From positions 1 to 29,493 of IMG/VR virus record IMGVR_UViG_3300030376_001264: DNA of 29,493 nucleotides; one strand, 5' to 3'. The stretch is from a virus (lineage: Duplodnaviria; Caudoviricetes). The first letter of the stretch is position 1. Each line of letters begins with the position of its first letter. A model generated the notes under the pieces. It had not been told where the DNA came from. It worked only from the letters and a program-made list of their open reading frames with translations, and did no database searches. The position numbers were made by a program, and so were the translations under genes. This document shows positions 7,527 through 15,429 of the stretch, one piece after another.

Positions 7527-7780
7527 CATTATATAAATGTAAGTGCGGTAATGAAGAGAATATAGGTAAGACAACCTTAGCCCTAAGAGATGGTAGATGG
7601 CGTAGTATACATGCTTTATGTGATTGTGGTTTGTGGATGGAAGCAGAACCTGAAGAGGGAATGCCTAGCTTAATTAGAACAGAGGCATCATTAAGTAAAA
7701 ACAAAAAGCGTGATAAACTCTGGGATAGTGCAAAAGAAAAGTTAGTAGGAAAAAGAGGTGTTAATGAGCCTTATAAATAA
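7523..7780 (+). CDS. Hypothetical zinc-ribbon protein
   Basis: YKCKCG and CDCG cysteine pairs. Confidence 0.7.
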   Translation: MTLYKCKCGNEENIGKTTLALRDGRWRSIHALCDCGLWMEAEPEEGMPSLIRTEASLSKNKKRDKLWDSAKEKLVGKRGVNEPYK

Positions 7781-7802
7781 AAACAATTAATTTCTATTTT
7801 AT
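7774..7802 (+). promoter_or_regulatory. Putative phage late promoter, copy 1
   Basis: TAAAT (7774)...TCTATTTTAT (7793); the same motif recurs at four other late-gene starts. Confidence 0.6.
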
Positions 7803-7805
7803 ACT

Positions 7806-8543
7806 ATGAAACAACAAGTTAAGCTGTACAAAATCAAGGGCAACCCTAATAACCCTAGAATAATAAAGAATGATAAGTTTAAAAAGCTAGTCAAGTCTAT
7901 TAAAGAGTTTCCACAGATGCTAGAAAAAAGACCAATAGTAGTTGATGAAGACATGATGGTTCTTGGTGGCAATATGAGGTTAAAGGCAAGTAAAGATGCA
8001 GGGTTAAAAGAAGTATGGATTGACATAGCAGAGGGGTGGACAAAAGAACAGAAAGATGAGTTTGTAGTAAAAGACAATGTAAACTTTGGTGATTGGGAAT
8101 GGGATATATTAGCTAATGAGTGGGATAGTGTTCAACTTTCTGAATGGGGTTTAGATGTGTGGGAAAACCATGATGATACAATTGTTGAAGATGACAATAT
8201 ATATACAAGAAAAATAGAAGCACCAACTTATGAGCCTAAAAATGAAAAGCCTAAGCCAAATGAGCTATATGAAACTAAAAAGGCTGAAGAGTTAATTGAA
8301 AAAATAAAATCATTAAAGCTAAATAAAACAGAAGAGGCATTTTTAATATATGCAGCATATAGGCATACAGTATTTGATTATAGCAAGATAGCAGACTTTT
8401 ATGCTCATTCAAATAAGGAAGTTCAAGAGCTTATGGAAGACTCAGCTTTAGTTATAATAGATTTTGATAAGGCTATTGAAAAAGGATATGTAAAACTTAC
8501 AAAGGATATTGCAGCAGCTTATGAAAAGAATGGCATATTATGA
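7806..8543 (+). CDS. ParB/Sulfiredoxin N-terminal domain protein
   Basis: NPNNPRII...FKKLVKSIKEFPQMLEKRPIVVDEDMMVLGGNMRLKA; separate C-terminal domain (RHTVFDYSKIADFYAH...LVIIDF). Confidence 0.88.
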   Translation: MKQQVKLYKIKGNPNNPRIIKNDKFKKLVKSIKEFPQMLEKRPIVVDEDMMVLGGNMRLKASKDAGLKEVWIDIAEGWTKEQKDEFVVKDNVNFGDWEWDILANEWDSVQLSEWGLDVWENHDDTIVEDDNIYTRKIEAPTYEPKNEKPKPNELYETKKAEELIEKIKSLKLNKTEEAFLIYAAYRHTVFDYSKIADFYAHSNKEVQELMEDSALVIIDFDKAIEKGYVKLTKDIAAAYEKNGIL

Positions 8544-9406
8544 TAAAAGAAGATTTTACAGTTTTTATTTTAACGCATGGAAGACCAAACAATGTTAAAA
8601 CATACAAGACTCTTAAAAGATTTGGTTACACTGGTAAAATACATATTGTCATAGATAATGAAGATAATTGTGCTAATGATTATTATAAAAATTTTGACAA
8701 TGTTGTTATGTTTGACAAAAAAGAAATTGCTAAAACATTTGATGAAGCTGACAATTTTAATGACAGAAGGTCAATTGTTTATGCAAGAAATGCCTGTTTT
8801 GATATTGCTAAAAAATTAGGGATTAAATACTTTGTTCAATTTGATGATGATTATACTGATTTTAGTTATAGGTTTAATGGACAGCTTTCTTACAATAAAG
8901 GAAGGGGTTATATTAATAATGTAGACGACATATTTAAAGCAATATTAAAATATTATAAATCAATACCTGCAAAGTCAATAGCAATATCACAAAACGGAGA
9001 TTGGATAGGAGGTGAAAATAGCAATTGGGCTAAAGAGCTTAGACTTAAAAGAAAATGTATGAACAGTTTTTTTTGCAGCACAGAAAGACCATTTCAATTT
9101 ACAGGTAGAATAAATGAAGATGTAAACACCTATACAAGTGGTGCAAGTAAAGGGCATTTGTTTTTAACTATTCCAAACGTATCTTTAAAACAAACAGACA
9201 CGCAGTCAAATAATGGTGGAATGTCAGATATTTATGCTGCACAAGGAACATATATAAAATCTTTTTACTCAGTTATGTTTAGTCCTTCAGCTGTAAAGGT
9301 TGCAATGTTAAACACTGAGAGGTCAAGACTACATCATAGAGTAAGTTGGAATAATGCAACACCAATGATACTAAATGAAAAACACAAGAAAAATGGAACA
9401 AAATAG
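8540..9406 (+). CDS. GT-A fold glycosyltransferase, TAGT/GREB1-like (putative DNA-modifying)
   Basis: FILTHGRP, ARNACFDIA, QFDDDY (DxD), INEDVNTY, GGMSD, RLHHRVSW; located between ParB and terS. Confidence 0.72.
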   Translation: MIKEDFTVFILTHGRPNNVKTYKTLKRFGYTGKIHIVIDNEDNCANDYYKNFDNVVMFDKKEIAKTFDEADNFNDRRSIVYARNACFDIAKKLGIKYFVQFDDDYTDFSYRFNGQLSYNKGRGYINNVDDIFKAILKYYKSIPAKSIAISQNGDWIGGENSNWAKELRLKRKCMNSFFCSTERPFQFTGRINEDVNTYTSGASKGHLFLTIPNVSLKQTDTQSNNGGMSDIYAAQGTYIKSFYSVMFSPSAVKVAMLNTERSRLHHRVSWNNATPMILNEKHKKNGTK

Positions 9407-9731
9407 AACAAAGATCAACAAAGAGAGATTGCTAAAAGCATTAGAGTCAAGTCTAGGAGTAATTACTACAGCCCTAAAAGCAACAGACCTGTCAAGGACT
9501 AACTTTTACAAATGGCTTAAAGAAGATGAAGAGTTTGCAGCTAAAGTAGAACAGATTGAAAACATACAGAAAGATTTTATAAAGTCTAAGTATTATGAAT
9601 GTGTAAAAGACAAAGTACCTTCTGTTGTTATACACGCTGCTAAAACTCAATTAGGTTGGAATGAAACAAACAAAGTAGACCTGACATCAAAAGATGATAA
9701 GATAAAAATCAATATAAATCTTGGAGATTAA
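9393..9731 (+). CDS. terS: Terminase small subunit (HTH)
   Basis: LLKALESSLGVITTALKATDLSRTNFYKWLKEDEEF HTH; immediately upstream of terL. Confidence 0.75.
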   Translation: MEQNRTKINKERLLKALESSLGVITTALKATDLSRTNFYKWLKEDEEFAAKVEQIENIQKDFIKSKYYECVKDKVPSVVIHAAKTQLGWNETNKVDLTSKDDKIKININLGD

Positions 9732-11031
9732 TCCTGAATTTACTAAGACTCAAAAAGAGTGTTTAAAATACTTGCTTGACAATAAGACAACAGAAGTATT
9801 GTTTGGTGGTGCAGCAGGTGGTGGTAAGTCTTGGGTTGGTGTAAGCTATTTGATCTTAATGTGTATTGAATACCCAAGAACTAGATACTTAATGGGAAGG
9901 TCAAAGCTAGATGCTTTAAAAAAGACAACACTAAATACTTTCTTTGAAGTTTGTACAGCTTGGAATCTAAAAGCTATTAAGGATTACACCTTTAATGGCT
10001 CAAGCAATGTCATAACTTTTTTTAATGGCTCAGAGATAATACTAAAAGACTTATTCTTATATCCATCAGATAGAAACTTTGACAGCTTAGGTTCTTTAGA
10101 AATAACAGGTGCTTTTATTGATGAAGCAAATCAAATAACAGAAAAGGCAAAGAATGTTGTTGCATCAAGATTAAGATATAAGTTAGATGAAAACAACTTA
10201 ATCCCTAAAATGTTAATGACTTGCAACCCTGCTAAGAACTGGGTTTATACTGAGTACTACAGACCTGCTAAAGATGGCACTATAAAACCTTATAGAAAGT
10301 TTATACAAAGTTTAGTTGGTGATAATGCATATATATCAAAGCATTATGAGAAACAATTATTTGAACTAGATGAGTTAAGCAAACAAAGACTTTTATTTGG
10401 TAATTGGGAGTATGATGCAACCAATGACAGCTTAATACAATATGATGCAATATTAAATATGTTTAATCAACAAGGTGTTGAAGGAGATAAATACATAAGT
10501 TGTGATGTAGCGCGATTTGGTGCTGATAGAACAGTTATAATGGTTTGGGAAGGGTTACACCTTAGAAAGATACAAACGTTGCTTAAATCGTCTGTAAATG
10601 AGGTTGTGGAGGCTGTTAAGGTATTACAACAAGAGTATCAAGTTAATTTAAGAAATATAATAGTTGATGAGGATGGTGTGGGTGGTGGTGTTAAAGACTA
10701 TTTAAGATGTCAAGGTTTTGTCAATAATGCAAGGGCTTTAAAAAATGAGAACTATCAAAACTTAAAAACTCAATGTTATTATAAATTAGCTGACTTAATT
10801 AATAAAGCACAAATAGGTATAAGCTGTTCAGATGTTAATGTAAAGAATCAGATGATTGAAGAGTGTGAGCAAGTTAGAACTAAGGATGCTGATAAGGACA
10901 ACAAGCTACAGATAATACCAAAAGACAATGTGAAGGCTATACTAGGCAGGTCACCAGATTATTCAGATGCATTAGCAATGAGAATGTATTATGAGATTGA
11001 TGGTAATTTTGGAAAGTATTATGTGCAATAA
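9721..11031 (+). CDS. terL: Terminase large subunit
   Basis: Walker A GGAAGGGKS, Walker B FIDEA, coupling motif TCNP, nuclease motifs CDVARFGAD and SPDYSDA; TTG start. Confidence 0.95.
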   Translation: MEINPEFTKTQKECLKYLLDNKTTEVLFGGAAGGGKSWVGVSYLILMCIEYPRTRYLMGRSKLDALKKTTLNTFFEVCTAWNLKAIKDYTFNGSSNVITFFNGSEIILKDLFLYPSDRNFDSLGSLEITGAFIDEANQITEKAKNVVASRLRYKLDENNLIPKMLMTCNPAKNWVYTEYYRPAKDGTIKPYRKFIQSLVGDNAYISKHYEKQLFELDELSKQRLLFGNWEYDATNDSLIQYDAILNMFNQQGVEGDKYISCDVARFGADRTVIMVWEGLHLRKIQTLLKSSVNEVVEAVKVLQQEYQVNLRNIIVDEDGVGGGVKDYLRCQGFVNNARALKNENYQNLKTQCYYKLADLINKAQIGISCSDVNVKNQMIEECEQVRTKDADKDNKLQIIPKDNVKAILGRSPDYSDALAMRMYYEIDGNFGKYYVQ

Positions 11032-11122
11032 AAAAGGGTAGCAGGATGAAAGAAGATAAATTGAATAGAACTAAAAAAATAGAATGACCTGCTACCCTTC
11101 AAAAGTAAAATGAATACAAACT
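11030..11122 (-). ncRNA. Putative ~90-nt antisense-strand small RNA with a 12-bp stem and U-tail
   Basis: Perfect inverted repeat AAGGGTAGCAGG (11034-11045)/CCTGCTACCCTT (11088-11099), 42-nt loop, U6 tail on the minus strand, and an upstream minus-strand promoter. Confidence 0.55.
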
Positions 11123-11127
11123 AGGCG

Positions 11128-11135
11128 CAAATATA
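11128..11135 (-). promoter_or_regulatory. Bacteroidota -7 promoter element TATATTTG on the minus strand
   Basis: The + strand reads CAAATATA; TTG triplets lie 18 and 21 nt further upstream on the minus strand as a -33 candidate. Confidence 0.65.
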
Positions 11136-11141
11136 CACTAT

Positions 11142-11171
11142 TAAACTAAATAACAACAATTTCTATATATA
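11142..11171 (+). promoter_or_regulatory. Putative phage late promoter, copy 2
   Basis: TAAAC (11142)...TCTATATATA (11162); ATG at 11178. Confidence 0.6.
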
Positions 11172-11177
11172 TAATAT

Positions 11178-11780
11178 ATGAAGGTTAACATAAAGAAGAA
11201 AGGCAAGAAGAAAGAGTATAAATTAATCAGTAGTTGGACAGACGTCACATTAGAAAAGTGGCTAAAACTGGTTAGTTTAAAGACAGGATCAAAAACAAAA
11301 GAAGCGAGAGAAACAATATCAACCCTTTCTGATATTCCAAAAAATGTCATTGATCAATTGGAATTAAAAGATGTGGCATATATAATGGGGAAGATTGCTG
11401 ACCTACAAAAGAATGAGGATAGTTCTTTAAAAAGAGTGATTGAAATAGAAGGGAAACGATATGGTTTTCACCCTGACTTAGATAGTATTACGTTAGGTGA
11501 GTATGCAGATATTGAGAACTTTATAAAGAATGACATTCAAAAGAATTTACCTGAGTTGATGTCGGTTCTTTATAGACCGATTGTAGAAGAAACAAGTAGT
11601 GGGGTTTATACTATAGAAGCCTATGATGGCAATATAAGTATAAGGGCAGAGCAAATGAAAAAGATGGCAATAGAGCAAGTGCAAAGTGCACTGGTTTTTT
11701 TTTATCATTTCGCACAGGTATTATTAATGATTTTGCAATCGTTTTTGATTCGCAAGCAGACGGGAATGATAAAGCAATAG
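11178..11780 (+). CDS. Putative tail assembly chaperone (short form)
   Basis: First gene of the tail cluster; contains a T9 slippery run at 11695-11703 with an open -1 frame behind it. Confidence 0.65.
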   Translation: MKVNIKKKGKKKEYKLISSWTDVTLEKWLKLVSLKTGSKTKEARETISTLSDIPKNVIDQLELKDVAYIMGKIADLQKNEDSSLKRVIEIEGKRYGFHPDLDSITLGEYADIENFIKNDIQKNLPELMSVLYRPIVEETSSGVYTIEAYDGNISIRAEQMKKMAIEQVQSALVFFYHFAQVLLMILQSFLIRKQTGMIKQ

Positions 11781-11959
11781 CATCAGATTCATTCGCTGAA
11801 AAGTGGTCATGGTTTGGTGTAATGTATAGGTTGACAAATGCAGATATTTCAAAACTAGATGCAATTACGAAGCTCAATCTTTTAGAAGCACTAACATGGT
11901 TAAGTTATGAAACAGATTTGGAGTCACAAAATAAAGTAAAGTATGCCAATAAACAATAA
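11702..11959 (+). CDS. -1 frameshift extension of the tail chaperone (long form about 260 aa, 11178-11959)
   Basis: The -1 frame is open from the slip site: LSFRTGIINDFAIVFD...FAEKWSWFGVMYRLTNADISKLDAITKLNLLEALTWLSYETD...; it fills the gap to the next gene. Confidence 0.75.
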   Translation, partial: LSFRTGIINDFAIVFDSQADGNDKAIASDSFAEKWSWFGVMYRLTNADISKLDAITKLNLLEALTWLSYETDLESQNKVKYANKQ

Positions 11960-12488
11960 AAGCTATAATAATGTAATAAACACCTTATGTCGTTTAGGTC
12001 AGTATCATGATCAACTATCAACTGTTTCTGTTGGTGATATATTTGACATTGACATGAATCAGACTAAAATGCCATTATTACACATAAACCCAACTAATGT
12101 TACAACAGGTGATTCTGAATTAGTATATAACTTTCAATTGTTTATTTGCGATTTAGTAAGTGAGAAAGATAATTGGCAGGTACAACAAAACAAGGAACTA
12201 ACTAAGCTGGTAGACACTAAGAACAATGAGCAGCAAGTTTGGAATCAAACATTAGACATTTGTACTGATTTCATTGGTATGCTTAGACATAGCTCAAGAC
12301 AATCATTAGAGGGGGTTAATGACATTAATGAACCTCTTTATTTTACACAGGATCAATTTACTATCGAGCCATTTCAAGAAAGATTTGATAATTTGCTATG
12401 TGGATGGACATTTACAATAGGTGTTAAGGTAATGAATGACTTTAGTACATGCAACATACCAGTTGACACTAATGGAGCAGGATACTAA
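11943..12488 (+). CDS. Putative tail terminator / tail completion protein
   Basis: 181 aa; PLLHINP, YNFQLFICDLV, IEPFQERFDNLLCGW; assigned mainly by context. Confidence 0.55.
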   Translation: MPINNKSYNNVINTLCRLGQYHDQLSTVSVGDIFDIDMNQTKMPLLHINPTNVTTGDSELVYNFQLFICDLVSEKDNWQVQQNKELTKLVDTKNNEQQVWNQTLDICTDFIGMLRHSSRQSLEGVNDINEPLYFTQDQFTIEPFQERFDNLLCGWTFTIGVKVMNDFSTCNIPVDTNGAGY

Positions 12489-12577
12489 TGATAGAATACT
12501 TAAAACGATTAAATACGATAAAGATTGGTAAGGTAGAAATAAAGATAATACCACCAACAATAAAAATAAGATTATGA
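12488..12577 (+). CDS. 29-aa basic peptide (MIEYLKRLNTIKIGKVEIKIIPPTIKIRL)
   Basis: TAATG and ATGA overlaps on both sides. Confidence 0.6.
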   Translation: MIEYLKRLNTIKIGKVEIKIIPPTIKIRL

Positions 12578-12948
12578 GTTACGACGACTTACTAGAAAAA
12601 TTAGAAGCAATAAGCATAAGGCTAGAAACTTACAATGATTACCCACAAAGTGCAACAAATAATGCTAAGAAAGTTATTAGGTGGAAAAAAGAACATGGTG
12701 ATGAGGTTAAAGGGATGACAAGAACTGGGTGGACAAGAGCAGCACAATTAGCAAGAAAAGCTAACATTTCAAGAGACACGATTGCACGTATGGCTTCTTT
12801 TAAAAGACATGAAAAAAATGCAGAAATAAATCCTAAGTTTAAATCAACGCCTTGGAAAGATAATGGTTATGTTGCATGGCTAGGATGGGGCGGAACAAGT
12901 GGAATCAATTGGGCAATTAATAAATTAAAACAAATAGATAAAAAATAA
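12574..12948 (+). CDS. Conserved phage protein of unknown function (YNDYP...GYVAWLGWGG domain)
   Basis: 124 aa; YNDYPQ, GWTRAAQLA, TIARMASFKRH, GYVAWLGWGG. Confidence 0.75.
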   Translation: MSYDDLLEKLEAISIRLETYNDYPQSATNNAKKVIRWKKEHGDEVKGMTRTGWTRAAQLARKANISRDTIARMASFKRHEKNAEINPKFKSTPWKDNGYVAWLGWGGTSGINWAINKLKQIDKK

Positions 12949-12953
12949 AAATT

Positions 12954-13415
12954 ATGGCAAATTTAGTAGCAACGATTTCTGAGAGTGTAACCATAAATGG
13001 TGCATTACGAGGATCAACAAACACATTAACAGTTACAGACATAACAGATACATTTGAAAGAACTGTTACCTGTCCACATTCAAACATTACTACGCTAGTG
13101 TCTTTTAACAGTAGTGTTGCAGGAACTGTAGGGTTTATGAATTTAGACTTAGAAAACACTAAGTACATTAGAGTAACAAATACAAGTGCAACAGCAGTTT
13201 GCGATTTAGCTGTTGTTTTAGAAAATGGTGTTTATACTGTTGTACTAACAGCAGGGGCATCTCATATATTATGTCAGGCAGATACAGCAGCTATTGCAGA
13301 TGATGATTCTACAACTCCTGCATTCCCTACATTAGAAGATGTTACAAGTCTACAAGTAAAACCAAGAGGTGCAACTGACAATGCAAATGTTGAAATATTT
13401 GTAGGCGTTCTATAA
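12954..13415 (+). CDS. Putative virion structural protein
   Basis: Thr/Val/Ala-rich, beta-like composition, within the tail cluster. Confidence 0.6.
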   Translation: MANLVATISESVTINGALRGSTNTLTVTDITDTFERTVTCPHSNITTLVSFNSSVAGTVGFMNLDLENTKYIRVTNTSATAVCDLAVVLENGVYTVVLTAGASHILCQADTAAIADDDSTTPAFPTLEDVTSLQVKPRGATDNANVEIFVGVL

Positions 13416-13982
13416 ATGAAAACAACCAACATAAAAAGGTACTTAGACAGCTTTGCTGGTCAGGTTGTAAATGACGCTAAATTAGACCTAAGCAATTCAA
13501 AAGATGCGATGGGAAAAAGCAGGGGTGATACTGCTTTAGGTCAATCAATAAGATCTACAGTTGAGATTACAGATAGTGGCTTTAGTGTAAAGTTTTATAT
13601 GTTAGACTATGGTACTTTTTTAGACAAAGGTGTTTCAGGGAACAAAACTAAAAGAAGTTTTACAAACTATAAACAAATAAATGAATCAAGTCCTTATAGT
13701 TATACAACAAAAGGTCCGCCAATTGATATAATATCTAAATGGATAAAAAAGAAAGGCATTGAACCTAAAGGTTTAGGTAGGGGAAGATCAAAGAACACAG
13801 GACAATATGTTTCTGGTTTTGCTTATTTAATAAGTAAAAAAATAAAAAGGGAAGGAATCAAAAGTATTAGTTTTTTTCAAAAGCCATTAGGTGCTGCATA
13901 CACTACATTAAAAGATGATTTATTAAAAAACATTGCTTTAGATATACAAACTTACATAACCACATTCACAAAACATAAATAA
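13416..13982 (+). CDS. Putative neck / tail completion protein (HK97 gp10-like)
   Basis: Basic protein with LGQSI, YGTFLDKGVSG, PPIDIISKWIKKKG and IKREGIK..FFQKP. Confidence 0.6.
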   Translation: MKTTNIKRYLDSFAGQVVNDAKLDLSNSKDAMGKSRGDTALGQSIRSTVEITDSGFSVKFYMLDYGTFLDKGVSGNKTKRSFTNYKQINESSPYSYTTKGPPIDIISKWIKKKGIEPKGLGRGRSKNTGQYVSGFAYLISKKIKREGIKSISFFQKPLGAAYTTLKDDLLKNIALDIQTYITTFTKHK

Positions 13983-13983
13983 A

Positions 13984-15429
13984 ATGGCAGTAGTAAATTC
14001 AATAATAGAACAAAAACCTTTATATGAAACTCTTGCGGTAGGCTCTGAGATTATATTTGTTGTTTCCAATCAGGATGCTATATTAAATGAGACTAGAGTG
14101 AAATATGTTGCAAAAGTACATATAAGTAATGACACACCTCCTGTACTTTCTAATAATACTCATTTGATAGGTACATTTAAAATATCACCTAATAATAAGG
14201 GGGTTGGAATGATTGATCTAAGCAATATTGTTGAAAAATATGTATCATCTGATAATTCAGCAGTAAATGGAAGCACATTTAAAAATACAGAAACAACAGA
14301 TGATTTGACTCACCCATTACATATGATTGACAAATATTCTAAGAACAAAAACGTCATAAGATATTTGGCTATTAAATTTAGTGTTGAATATTTAAATATT
14401 GCAACTAATGCTGTAGAAGAGGTTGCAGGGACATTTGTAAATAGTGATGAGTATAGGATATTTAATGGATATTTAAAAAGAACAGACCCTTTAGACAGGG
14501 GTGGTGTTTTTGGTAACTTTACAGCACCTACAACGTGGTTTGGCTATGACCTTAAAAAGTTTTACCCTGAGACATCAACTCCAGGATTATTTTTAACCAA
14601 CGCACCTACAACTCAATATGCCAATGGTGGTGATTATGGTACAGTTGCATTTTTTACAAGAGATGATTCTATGTCAAAATCTGTTAGGAAAATATTAATT
14701 AGAACCTTTGATGCTTCAGGTTCTCCATTAAGCACTGATACCATTAACAGAACAGCAGGAGCAGGTAGTTATGGCTATAACCAATGGAATGCAGATGCAG
14801 AAAGACAGATTGGTTATTTTGGTTGTTTTCCTGGAAATCTTAGAAACTGGGGAAGTAATTTTAAAACAGCTTATAATGATGGAAACGTAAGTTACTATAC
14901 AATAACAACTCAAAATGTTAGTAGCGCTGAAACAATGGAGGTTTATACAATACACATAAATTGTCCTAATCAGAAAGGATATGAAAGTATAAGACTTTGT
15001 TGGTTAAACCAATGGGGTGCTTGGGATTATTATACATTTACTCAAAAGTCAGTTAGAAAGACATCAACAAAAGGGACTACATATAATCAACTTCCAGGCT
15101 CTTGGAATGCAGCTACTTACAATCCTTATGGTTATAAAGGTGGTAAAAAATCATTTAGGGTAAATGCAACAGAGACTATAACTATAAATACTGATTTTAT
15201 AAGTGAAAATGACAATGTTATGTTTGAAGAGCTTACAAATAGTCCAGAGGTTTATGTTTTACAGCCTTATCAATCAACAGCAACAGGCTATGAGGCATTG
15301 AATGAGTATGTAACACCAGTAAGATTAAAATCAACCAACTTTACTAAAAAGACAATTGCAAATGATAAGCTATTACAGTATACATTTGAAATAGAGAAAA
15401 GCCAAACACTAAGAACACAAGCAATATAA
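13984..15429 (+). CDS. Putative distal tail / baseplate structural protein
   Basis: 481 aa; C-terminal WLNQWGAWDYYTF...ELTNSPEVY...LLQYTFEIE; precedes the large tail protein. Confidence 0.6.
   Translation: MAVVNSIIEQKPLYETLAVGSEIIFVVSNQDAILNETRVKYVAKVHISNDTPPVLSNNTHLIGTFKISPNNKGVGMIDLSNIVEKYVSSDNSAVNGSTFKNTETTDDLTHPLHMIDKYSKNKNVIRYLAIKFSVEYLNIATNAVEEVAGTFVNSDEYRIFNGYLKRTDPLDRGGVFGNFTAPTTWFGYDLKKFYPETSTPGLFLTNAPTTQYANGGDYGTVAFFTRDDSMSKSVRKILIRTFDASGSPLSTDTINRTAGAGSYGYNQWNADAERQIGYFGCFPGNLRNWGSNFKTAYNDGNVSYYTITTQNVSSAETMEVYTIHINCPNQKGYESIRLCWLNQWGAWDYYTFTQKSVRKTSTKGTTYNQLPGSWNAATYNPYGYKGGKKSFRVNATETITINTDFISENDNVMFEELTNSPEVYVLQPYQSTATGYEALNEYVTPVRLKSTNFTKKTIANDKLLQYTFEIEKSQTLRTQAI

Noticed and set aside
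2299-9392. Longer upstream starts given by the ORF track (2299, 3560, 7233, 9375; also 609)
   Set aside because: They overlap upstream genes substantially; downstream ATGs at 2362, 3638, 7269, 9393 and 633 give tighter coupling and begin at the conserved domains.
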